Source: a virus
Strand: one strand, 5' to 3'
Virus record (IMG/VR): IMGVR_UViG_3300047369_000529
Coordinates: 15,083 to 79,082 of that record
Length of the DNA: 64,000 bases
Part shown: in pieces, positions 29,038 through 36,868 of the stretch
Numbering within the stretch: position 1 is the stretch's first letter
Layout: every line of letters begins with the position of its first letter
Translations under genes and position numbers: made by a program
The notes under the pieces: generated by a model
Database searches by the model: none
Told to the model about the DNA's origin: nothing
The model's input: the letters and a program-made list of their open reading frames with translations, nothing else

Positions 29038-31044
29038 ATGGAATTAAACGAAAACGAAAACTTATCACTTGGCGATATGGCCGGAATGGGAGAAGTCTCT
29101 TTACCATCTGAAACATCAGTTGGATCAGGGGATATTCCAGCCGGAAAAGGAGATGCCGAAGAAGAGTATAAGAAGAAGAGAAATAAAAAGAAACAACGCG
29201 AAATGAAAAACATTATATCATTTGAATCTTTCGGATCACTTGATGAAGGTAAAACAATATCTTCTTCTAAAATATCTATGATGGGTGCAAGAGTTCTTAA
29301 TAAAATTAGCATCGGTACCATATTTGATACAGAAGATGGAAACTATGAAATTACGGATTATGGCCGACAGGCAAATGCATTTAAAGAATTTGAAGCAGAA
29401 CATAATGGTAAAAAAGTAAAGGTAAAATTAACTGCAATGTATGGTGTTAAGTTAGAAGTAACTGACGATGTACGCAGCGCTAGATTTAATAAAGAAGTAA
29501 AGCTAAATTCTATTATTTTAGAATCGGTTAATGAAGGTAAGTTTGACGGTATTGCAGATTTAGTAAAATCTTTACATTTCGAAATGGATCCTAAAACCGC
29601 AGAAGAAAAGAAAATCGAACTAGGTAAAAGACAAGGTGAAGTTTCAAGAAGAAAGCAAATTGAAGGTGGTGAATATTCACTAAGAAGATTTAGAAAAGAG
29701 ATTAAATACGATGAGACCGGAGAAGATCTTGGTGTATTTAAACCCGGTAGCTATATGGCTGCTACTTCTATATTAGGCGATGGTCCACATAAGAAAGCCG
29801 TTAAGAAAGTAAGATGGAATAGAAAGAAATACGATCAATGGATTGAAGATATGGCAGCTAACGATGGTTGGAAGAATGCATTCGATATGGCACAAAATGC
29901 TAAACACGAACCAGGTCTATTACAATGGGCTAAGAAAGAATTTAGAGGTGAAGACGTAATGCAAAGAATTCAATGGGATATTGAAGGTTACGCAGAATCA
30001 GTAGTTACTGAATCTATTAGTAAATCTACTAAAATACATTGTATCGCAACACCAGCTCCTAAGTCAATGCTTAAGGATGAGTTAGAAGAATTATTCGGAG
30101 ATGATTATAGAAATATAGTTACAGAAGTTCAAGACGATGAAGGTTATGAATCAGTGTTAGTATTTAATCTTACTAAAAGAGACATTAAATTAATAGAAGA
30201 TAATATTGGAGATGTATTAATCTGGGAATATTCAATTAAACCAGGTAAATTAATTAATGAATCAGTAGTTAACGAAGCTGAAAAGTATATCACTGATAAA
30301 TTTAAAGTAGGTGATAAAATTAAAACTAATTTTGGTGAATGGGAAGTAATTGAAACTGATTATGCACCTAAAAAGAGTTTTATAGCACCTTTTATATTTA
30401 AAGGAAAGAATATAGAAAGAGTAAACATACCTAATCCACCTAAAACTAACAAGAATGCGGTAGGTTACAAAGTAACAGACGGTGCTAAATATCCAACTAT
30501 TGGTTTCTTATATCAATATAAAGATATTACTAAACTTGCAACAGTTGGCGTTGATGAATCAATAGTTACTGAAGCTGAAAGTGTAAAGGTAGGAGAATAT
30601 ATTAAAACTCAATACGGTTATTTCTATAAAAGAGTCGACGGTAAAGTTGGAGGACAAGAAGCTTTCGTTGAAATAAAGAAAGGAAAAGAAGGAAAGAGAA
30701 AAACAAGTATTCATGATACAGTTAGCTTTGAAATAGTTGATAAAGATGCTGCATTCGAATCATTGGTTACCGAAAAGAAACACGATAGAGAAGATACTAT
30801 AAAATTCATAAAGAAATACATGAGATTCGTAAAAACCACTGAAGAATTTAATGGTTCTCAGGGTGGTATATGGGTTTCAGGTGAAGATGGAGATGAATAT
30901 AAAGGAGTAACAATCTATGATTACTATACGTCTGGTAAATCATATGAATTAGGTGTAAATATAAAGTGGGAAAAAGAGTTAAATGAAAGAGGATGGTACA
31001 GCGAATGGTATGATGCAGGAACTGTAATGATCTGGGAAATATAA
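29038..31044 (+). CDS. Putative internal-head polyprotein 4 (leader plus about 6 modules)
   Basis: Internal MKNIISFESFGSLDE^G; linkers ESVNE^G, ESVVTE^S, ESVVNE^A, ESIVTE^A, ESLVTE^K. Confidence 0.65.
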   Translation: MELNENENLSLGDMAGMGEVSLPSETSVGSGDIPAGKGDAEEEYKKKRNKKKQREMKNIISFESFGSLDEGKTISSSKISMMGARVLNKISIGTIFDTEDGNYEITDYGRQANAFKEFEAEHNGKKVKVKLTAMYGVKLEVTDDVRSARFNKEVKLNSIILESVNEGKFDGIADLVKSLHFEMDPKTAEEKKIELGKRQGEVSRRKQIEGGEYSLRRFRKEIKYDETGEDLGVFKPGSYMAATSILGDGPHKKAVKKVRWNRKKYDQWIEDMAANDGWKNAFDMAQNAKHEPGLLQWAKKEFRGEDVMQRIQWDIEGYAESVVTESISKSTKIHCIATPAPKSMLKDELEELFGDDYRNIVTEVQDDEGYESVLVFNLTKRDIKLIEDNIGDVLIWEYSIKPGKLINESVVNEAEKYITDKFKVGDKIKTNFGEWEVIETDYAPKKSFIAPFIFKGKNIERVNIPNPPKTNKNAVGYKVTDGAKYPTIGFLYQYKDITKLATVGVDESIVTEAESVKVGEYIKTQYGYFYKRVDGKVGGQEAFVEIKKGKEGKRKTSIHDTVSFEIVDKDAAFESLVTEKKHDREDTIKFIKKYMRFVKTTEEFNGSQGGIWVSGEDGDEYKGVTIYDYYTSGKSYELGVNIKWEKELNERGWYSEWYDAGTVMIWEI

Positions 31045-31073
31045 CTCTACTCATTAGTTTTAAACAATTTTAG

Positions 31074-31103
31074 AATGCTTTGTATAACTACAAAGCATTT
31101 TTT
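31074..31103 (+). terminator. Hairpin/terminator closing the polyprotein block, overlapping the -10 box of the mgsA promoter
   Basis: AATGCTTTGTA-TAAC-TACAAAGCATT followed by a T run. Confidence 0.7.
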
Positions 31104-31114
31104 ATTTATATAGT

Positions 31115-31507
31115 ATGGACAAGATGAGATTCGCATTAATTGCGCATGATAACAAAAAAGCAGACATGGTAGCTTTTGTTTCTAAAAGACTTGATTTTTT
31201 TAATAATGAAGCTGTTGATATTATTACCACAGGAACTACGGGTAAGAAGGTAAAGCACGCCGGAATCAATAGAGTTACCACTGTTCAAAGTGGGCCTTTA
31301 GGAGGAGATGCCGAAATAGCTGCCATGGTGGTGAGAGGTGAGGTTACTGGCGTGATATTCATGAGAGATCCCCTGGATAAACATCCACATGATGTAGATA
31401 TTTCAATGTTAATGAGGTTATGTGACGTCCACGATGTCCCCTTGGCTACTAATTATAAAACGGCTAGCATCTTAATTAAATGGTATCGTTCTAAATATAA
31501 AATATAA
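31115..31507 (+). CDS. mgsA: Methylglyoxal synthase
   Basis: ALIAHDNKK, TTGTTG, SGPLGGD, DPL..HPHDVD, RLCDV..VPLATN. Confidence 0.93.
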   Translation: MDKMRFALIAHDNKKADMVAFVSKRLDFFNNEAVDIITTGTTGKKVKHAGINRVTTVQSGPLGGDAEIAAMVVRGEVTGVIFMRDPLDKHPHDVDISMLMRLCDVHDVPLATNYKTASILIKWYRSKYKI

Positions 31508-31539
31508 ACAATTTTTAATTTAGCAGTATAATAAACAAT

Positions 31540-31785
31540 ATGGATAACATTATCTTCAGGCCCGGAAATTATAAAACATGGTCAATTAAAGCGATAGAGA
31601 AAATCGAAGCTGTCATTGATTCGTGTGTCACCTTCGATCATCTAGATTCTGCTAAAAAATTAGTTGATCAGTTTTCTATTATTACAGCACTTGAGCAAGA
31701 TGATGAAAAATCTATTGAAATAATTATTCACCAATTGTGGCTTAGAATTAAGTTACAAGAAAATAAAATAAATGGATCAAAATAA
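31540..31785 (+). CDS. Hypothetical protein
   Basis: 81 aa ORF with its own AAAC-N16-GTATAA promoter. Confidence 0.6.
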   Translation: MDNIIFRPGNYKTWSIKAIEKIEAVIDSCVTFDHLDSAKKLVDQFSIITALEQDDEKSIEIIIHQLWLRIKLQENKINGSK

Positions 31786-32266
31786 AGGTAAAATAGGATT
31801 TACAGCAGGGAACTTCGATCTTCTCCATCCTGGGTATATTTACACATTTGAAACAGCAAAAGAACACTGTGATTACTTTATGGTATTTCTACAAAGAGAT
31901 CCATCTGAAACTAGATATACTAAATATAAACCAGTAATTCCTCTTTATGAAAGATATAAAACTTTAATGGCGATTAAATACGTAGACGAGGTGGTTACGT
32001 ATCAAACAGAAGAAGACCTTTTAAACTTAATCGAGTTTTATAAACCAGACGTAAGAATTTTAGGAGACGATTATATTGGTAAAAGATTCACTGGAGATCA
32101 TATGCCAATCGAGGTTATTTATACAACTAGGTCTCATAATTGGTCAACAACCAGAATTAAAGATTTAATAACTAAGCAAACCATCTTACAGAATCCTTCT
32201 ATTATAGAAGAAAACGTAAAGTCATTAACAGCTGACGAAGCGGCTAAAATAATTAATAACAAATGA
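31772..32266 (+). CDS. TagD-like cytidylyltransferase
   Basis: GNFDLLHPGY (HxGH variant), ER...YVDEV, GDDY, RSHNWSTTRIK. Confidence 0.8.
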   Translation: MDQNKGKIGFTAGNFDLLHPGYIYTFETAKEHCDYFMVFLQRDPSETRYTKYKPVIPLYERYKTLMAIKYVDEVVTYQTEEDLLNLIEFYKPDVRILGDDYIGKRFTGDHMPIEVIYTTRSHNWSTTRIKDLITKQTILQNPSIIEENVKSLTADEAAKIINNK

Positions 32267-33192
32267 GAATAATAGTAACTGGTGGATTTGGATTTATAGG
32301 ATCTGAATTTGTAAACACGATTAGTAGAAAAAACCCAACAGCAGAAATTGTAGTAGTTGATAAAATGACTTATGCTGCAAACCCAAAGAATGTTAAAACC
32401 GGAATAGCTTTAATTAAAAAAGATATATGTGATGTGACACCCCGTGACTTAGGAGAATATGATTACATGGTACATTTTGCAGCTGAGAGCCACGTAGATA
32501 ATTCTATAAAAGACGGAAGACCTTTTGTTAGAACAAACGTAGAGGGAACCTTTAATCTATTAGAATGTGCAAGACAAAATAAAAACCTTAAAAAATTTAT
32601 TCATATCTCTACGGATGAAGTTTACGGAGATATGGACGATATTAGTAAGGACGTATTAGCGGATGAAGAATTTCCACTAGTAGCATCTTCTTATTATTCG
32701 GCGACAAAGGCATCATCTGATATGCTAGTCCTTTCAGCAAACAGAACATTTGATCTTCCATATATTATTACGAGAACATGTAATAATTACGGTGCTCATC
32801 AACATAAAGAAAAATTTATCCCAACCATTATGAGATCCATTAAAGAAGGAAAGAAAATTCCAGTATATGGAGATGGAAAGCAAGTTAGAGAATGGATGGA
32901 CGTAACAGACAATACGTTAGTTATTTATAACTTAATGATGTCAGATAGAATTAACGAAGTATTTAATATCGGTTCTGAAGAAAGATACACTAATTTAGAG
33001 GTTATTGAAATGATCGGAAAAATTATGGGTAGAACTCCAGAATATGAATTTGTTCCGGATAGACTTGGGCACGATAGAAGATACGCGCTTAATAGCTCAA
33101 AGGTAAATGCTATTTTAGGAGAAATGATTCCTCTTTCCTTTGAAGAATTTTTAAAAGAAGAAACTATTAAATTATTAGAAACTCAATTATGA
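32263..33192 (+). CDS. rmlB: dTDP-glucose 4,6-dehydratase
   Basis: TGGFGFIGS, DKMTYA, HFAAESHVD, ISTDEVYG, YSATK, DRLGHDRRY. Confidence 0.92.
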   Translation: MRIIVTGGFGFIGSEFVNTISRKNPTAEIVVVDKMTYAANPKNVKTGIALIKKDICDVTPRDLGEYDYMVHFAAESHVDNSIKDGRPFVRTNVEGTFNLLECARQNKNLKKFIHISTDEVYGDMDDISKDVLADEEFPLVASSYYSATKASSDMLVLSANRTFDLPYIITRTCNNYGAHQHKEKFIPTIMRSIKEGKKIPVYGDGKQVREWMDVTDNTLVIYNLMMSDRINEVFNIGSEERYTNLEVIEMIGKIMGRTPEYEFVPDRLGHDRRYALNSSKVNAILGEMIPLSFEEFLKEETIKLLETQL

Positions 33193-33404
33193 ATGCAAAA
33201 TTAATCGAAATGCTAAGAGCAGACGCTCTAGCACAAAAAGCAAAAGCACTTTTAACTTTAGACCTTTTAGGTAATAAAGGATCGGGTATTGGAGACCACT
33301 CTACTAAAGACTTTTATGAAAATGCAGATGAGGCGTTAACTATGCTAGTCGATGCAGATGATAAATTAGAAGCTTTAGATAAGTATTTTCCACAGGACTT
33401 ATAA
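33189..33404 (+). CDS. Hypothetical phage protein (GIGDH motif)
   Basis: 71 aa helical hairpin with GIGDHS turn. Confidence 0.6.
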   Translation: MNAKLIEMLRADALAQKAKALLTLDLLGNKGSGIGDHSTKDFYENADEALTMLVDADDKLEALDKYFPQDL

Positions 33405-33437
33405 AAATGCACTTTTTTTGAAAAAAAACAGCCCGGG

Positions 33438-33471
33438 ATTTTTTTATCTCGGGTTTTTTTGTTATATTTAT
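33438..33471 (+). promoter_or_regulatory. Hairpin-embedded putative early/host-type promoter (second copy at 19099-19132)
   Basis: Both sites align ungapped as ATTTTT.TA..TCG..TTTTTT..TTATATT and overlap inverted repeats; TATATTT resembles the Bacteroidota -7 box TAnnTTTG. Confidence 0.45.
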
Positions 33472-33493
33472 AGAGTAATAATTAATTAAAGAT

Positions 33494-33871
33494 ATGCCTT
33501 ACATAACAAAAGAACAAGTTTCAGAAAAAAGAAAGCAACTTAAAAAAGCCCTGCCACAGTATAAATTATCTATTACCACTGAACATTACAGTGGAATCAA
33601 GGTCGCAATTATGAATGGACCAACTGACTTTGGCACTGAATATACACAACTAAGTCCTTATAGAAATTATAGAGAAGAAAGATACAACTCAGATACGGGA
33701 GAATGGGAAAGCCAGCCCGTAATTGCAGATGTAATGGAGGTTATTATGCCTATTCTAAACGAAGGAATGGGAGAAGGATTTGAAGACAGTGATTATGGTC
33801 ACGTTCCTGACTATTACACATGGGTTCAAATAGGTAAGTGGGATAAAAATTACGAAGTAAAAATAAAATAA
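33494..33871 (+). CDS. Hypothetical protein, LPD29-like
   Basis: LKKALPQYKLSI...SGIKVAIMNGP N-terminal pattern. Confidence 0.45.
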   Translation: MPYITKEQVSEKRKQLKKALPQYKLSITTEHYSGIKVAIMNGPTDFGTEYTQLSPYRNYREERYNSDTGEWESQPVIADVMEVIMPILNEGMGEGFEDSDYGHVPDYYTWVQIGKWDKNYEVKIK

Positions 33872-33873
33872 GA

Positions 33874-34341
33874 ATGAAAGATATTCTAGAAGTTGTAAAA
33901 TTAAAATTAGAATTAGAAGAAAAAGCAAAGAAAGTTTTTGAGCAAACTAATGCTAACATCATGGGAGCGGCCACTGAAGAAATCATAGCAAGGTGGTTGA
34001 CAAAAATAAAAGGAACACAATATCTTTGTATAGGAGGAAATCAAAAAGGATACGATGTCACCTGTGAAAAATTTAAAGATACGTACGAAGTTAAACATAC
34101 TAATACAACCGTTTCTGCGTATCACTATGGAAACTTAGAAAGTAAAGATGCCAAACATATCGTGTTTGTTAAATGGGAATATGGTTCTCTTTTAAATGCA
34201 GAATACGCATATATATTTCCAAATAAGGTTGTTAAAGAAAATTTAAATAAGAGAGGTAAATTCACAATGTCTAATTTACATAAAACATCTCATCTCGCAG
34301 AAGACATTACAACTAGCCTAAATAATTTTATATCTAATTAA
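33874..34341 (+). CDS. PD-(D/E)xK endonuclease-like protein
   Basis: GAATEE...NQKGYDV...YEVKH. Confidence 0.6.
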   Translation: MKDILEVVKLKLELEEKAKKVFEQTNANIMGAATEEIIARWLTKIKGTQYLCIGGNQKGYDVTCEKFKDTYEVKHTNTTVSAYHYGNLESKDAKHIVFVKWEYGSLLNAEYAYIFPNKVVKENLNKRGKFTMSNLHKTSHLAEDITTSLNNFISN

Positions 34342-34342
34342 A

Positions 34343-34510
34343 ATGAATAAAGAAATAATTTTAAAAATCATAGAAAGTTCGTTAGAAGAAATTAAGTTTT
34401 CTGATCCTGATCATGAAACACAGTTTGCATATAATGAAGGAGCAGAAGACGTTGCCATAAAGATAGAAGAAAAATTAGAAGAACTATCCGTAAACAAAAC
34501 ACATATATAG
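34343..34510 (+). CDS. Small hypothetical protein not in the ORF track (55 aa, MNKEIILKIIE...)
   Basis: ATG at 34343 to TAG at 34508-34510 fills the intergenic gap. Confidence 0.55.
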   Translation: MNKEIILKIIESSLEEIKFSDPDHETQFAYNEGAEDVAIKIEEKLEELSVNKTHI

Positions 34511-34534
34511 AGTATAATAACTAAACACATTCTT

Positions 34535-34801
34535 ATGAAAAGTATTCTCGAAGAAGCAAATGAAATTGTAAATAACAGAAGTGAAGAAGCGGACCGTAAT
34601 TATGGTCCTTTTTCAGAAGGCATGGACAGAGCAGCTTTAATCTTTAAGGGCATGACAGGTCATGATGTAACAGGTGCAGATATGTTTAAGGCACTAGTTG
34701 CACTTAAATTTTCAAGAGAAAGTTACAATCATAAGAGAGACAATCTCTTAGATGCGGTTGCATATATTCAAGGTTTAGATAACTATGTAAATAATAAATA
34801 A
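34535..34801 (+). CDS. DUF6378-like / nucleotide-modification-associated helical protein
   Basis: SILEEA...R...YG...LKFSR...DNLLDAVAY. Confidence 0.65.
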   Translation: MKSILEEANEIVNNRSEEADRNYGPFSEGMDRAALIFKGMTGHDVTGADMFKALVALKFSRESYNHKRDNLLDAVAYIQGLDNYVNNK

Positions 34802-34802
34802 T

Positions 34803-35156
34803 ATGAAAGTTCAGGTAAGAAGAACAGAGTATCGTTACATTGCAGAGGCAACTCCAATTGTAACTTTAGAAACTGAAAAATTTCCAAATTTTAAAGGAAC
34901 GACTGAAGAAGAGTTTGTAGAATATCTCGCAGAGAATTATTGGGATTTAGAAGGAATGGATGAACTTGTAGGTTCAGATATTGGAGTAACTGACGAAGAA
35001 ACGCACGAAGCCCTGGCAGATTTGGTATATTCAGAAATGGACATATATTCTGACTCTTCTGAAAAAGGATATGAAGGAGAAATACAGATAGGAGAAGAAG
35101 ATGAATCTTGGAGAAAGCATGGAGGATTTAATATAAAACACGGATCACAAATATGA
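34803..35156 (+). CDS. Hypothetical acidic protein
   Basis: 117 aa ORF abutting both neighbours. Confidence 0.6.
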   Translation: MKVQVRRTEYRYIAEATPIVTLETEKFPNFKGTTEEEFVEYLAENYWDLEGMDELVGSDIGVTDEETHEALADLVYSEMDIYSDSSEKGYEGEIQIGEEDESWRKHGGFNIKHGSQI

Positions 35157-36376
35157 AAATAGCACTAGTATTAGCAAAAGGAGTCGAAGGCTGTGGACTC
35201 ACAAGACACACAATCGAATTTTATAATTGGCTTATTAAAGAAGGTCATGATGCAACCATTTATGCAGCTATCGAAAAAAGATGGCCTCGTCATAAAATGA
35301 CAGACATCGTAGCAACTGAATTCAAAAGAAAAGATATCCCTAATATCGCAAAAGAACTTGAAAAAAATGATGTAGTTTATTACACATCATATCCACACAA
35401 ATCAGTTGGAGATGAGTTTAACGAAGACTTTATCGAACACTGTATTTATGGTCTTGAAAATCCTATTAAAATAGGAAATTGCCTTGACCACAATACTGCA
35501 AATCTTGCAAAGAATTATAAATATTGGGAGATTATGAAATCCATGGATGCAATGTTTAATTATTCAGCAAGATCTAATTTTGCAAATAAATTAAGAGAAC
35601 ATGCACCTGACACGCCTCTCATCGAAATGAATCTTAATCCCTATGACTATGATGCTTGGAATCATGTTGTAGTTCCAGTTGAAGAGCAAGAAAGAAGAAC
35701 TACTTATTTTGGTAGATTTGCAGGATTTAAAGATCCTTTTAGAATGTTCGATATTATGGAATTAATGAAAGATCATAATTTTGTAACAGAATGTAGAGGA
35801 GTTGAAAGATCAATGGGAGCTCTTCCTATGTTTCTTCAAGAAGATAGAAAAACTTTAAGACCAGACATCTTTGAAGTAAACGAAAAAAAGAATCCAATTA
35901 CATATCCACAGGAGACTAATAAACTATACATTCACGGACCTTATAATCTAGCTGAAGGAATGGGAGAACTAGGAAAATCAATGTTTGGTGCAGAGTTCTT
36001 TAATCTTCCTGAAAGACTTTACGGTTCTATGATAGAATATGCAATGTGCGAGGTAATCGCAGCAGGAACTATTCCTCTTTTCGATAAACACTGGGGAGAA
36101 CATGTAATTCACAGAACAGAAGGAGTTCCGTTTATTCAATTAGAAGATTTTGCAATCTTTGTAGATAGAGATAACATCGAAGCCTCTATTCCGTTGATGT
36201 TAGAATTAGCAAACGATCATGAAAGAAGAGATAAGTTCAGAAAAAACTCACTAAGATTGGCTAAATTACATAACGCCCCAGAAGTTGTTAACACTGATCT
36301 CTTCGAAGCTATTAACAATGTTAATAAAAGATCTGTAGAAAAACCAGTAGAATTAAAAACAAATTCATTGTTTTAA
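35153..36376 (+). CDS. agt: DNA alpha-glucosyltransferase homologue (T4 a-gt-like, GT-B)
   Basis: AKGVEGCGLTR (T4 ARGLEGCGVTK), DH, GR...K...MFD, GVERS, IEY..CE..AAGTIPLF, all collinear with T4 AGT as recalled. Confidence 0.85.
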   Translation: MKIALVLAKGVEGCGLTRHTIEFYNWLIKEGHDATIYAAIEKRWPRHKMTDIVATEFKRKDIPNIAKELEKNDVVYYTSYPHKSVGDEFNEDFIEHCIYGLENPIKIGNCLDHNTANLAKNYKYWEIMKSMDAMFNYSARSNFANKLREHAPDTPLIEMNLNPYDYDAWNHVVVPVEEQERRTTYFGRFAGFKDPFRMFDIMELMKDHNFVTECRGVERSMGALPMFLQEDRKTLRPDIFEVNEKKNPITYPQETNKLYIHGPYNLAEGMGELGKSMFGAEFFNLPERLYGSMIEYAMCEVIAAGTIPLFDKHWGEHVIHRTEGVPFIQLEDFAIFVDRDNIEASIPLMLELANDHERRDKFRKNSLRLAKLHNAPEVVNTDLFEAINNVNKRSVEKPVELKTNSLF

Positions 36377-36400
36377 GTATTATAATAAAGTAGCGAAAAA

Positions 36401-36868
36401 ATGGCAAACATAGACAACGAATGCAAAGACTTAGAAGTTAAAGACTTCTATGCAGAATCTACCACCCACCTGGCAGATATTATGGAAAACCAAAAGAAAA
36501 TGCAAGAGCAGACTTACGGTTTTAATTTTGAAAACATGACACTTAGGGAAGTTATGAATTTTTGGCACTGTAACACGCATGCAGTTATTGATGAAATTCA
36601 TGAAATGACAGATGCCTTAGGAGGTATTAAAGACGGCAGCGGAAATGCTATCTGGAAATATTGGAAAAAAGATTTTACAAAATTTGATAATCTTAAAGTT
36701 TCAGATCTTTCTGAAAATGATAAGAAAGAACTATATATGGAATGGGTAGATATTCTACACTTCTTTATTAATTATGCGGCATCAATTGGCCTCGATGCTA
36801 AAACAGCATACAACTATTATTTCGCAAAAGCAGAAGAAAATGTTCAACGTCAAAAAAGAGGCTATTAA
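36401..36868 (+). CDS. 56: dCTPase/dUTPase (T4 gp56-like)
   Basis: NEC, IDEIHE, AIWKYWK, EWVDILHF, ENVQRQKRGY. Confidence 0.88.
   Translation: MANIDNECKDLEVKDFYAESTTHLADIMENQKKMQEQTYGFNFENMTLREVMNFWHCNTHAVIDEIHEMTDALGGIKDGSGNAIWKYWKKDFTKFDNLKVSDLSENDKKELYMEWVDILHFFINYAASIGLDAKTAYNYYFAKAEENVQRQKRGY

Larger units (their letters stand above)
18656..30777 (+). repeat. Dispersed 18-21 bp linker repeat, approximate consensus GARTCWGTAGTTAMYGAA, encoding ES(V/I)V(N/T)E
   Basis: Copies of varying fidelity at 18656, 24619, 24904, 25786, 26461, 26707, 29995, 30259, 30556, 30757; 26461-26480 and 30259-30278 are identical (GAATCAGTAGTTAACGAAGC). Confidence 0.85.

Noticed and set aside
18656-30777. Linker repeats as a CRISPR array or integron attC sites
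   Set aside because: Irregular spacing of hundreds to thousands of bp, degenerate, non-palindromic and in frame within CDSs; no cas or integrase gene in the window
31115-33192. Bacterial contamination or host flank (mgsA, TagD-like, rmlB)
   Set aside because: Genes are driven by the phage-specific promoter motif and are interleaved or overlapped with phage ORFs
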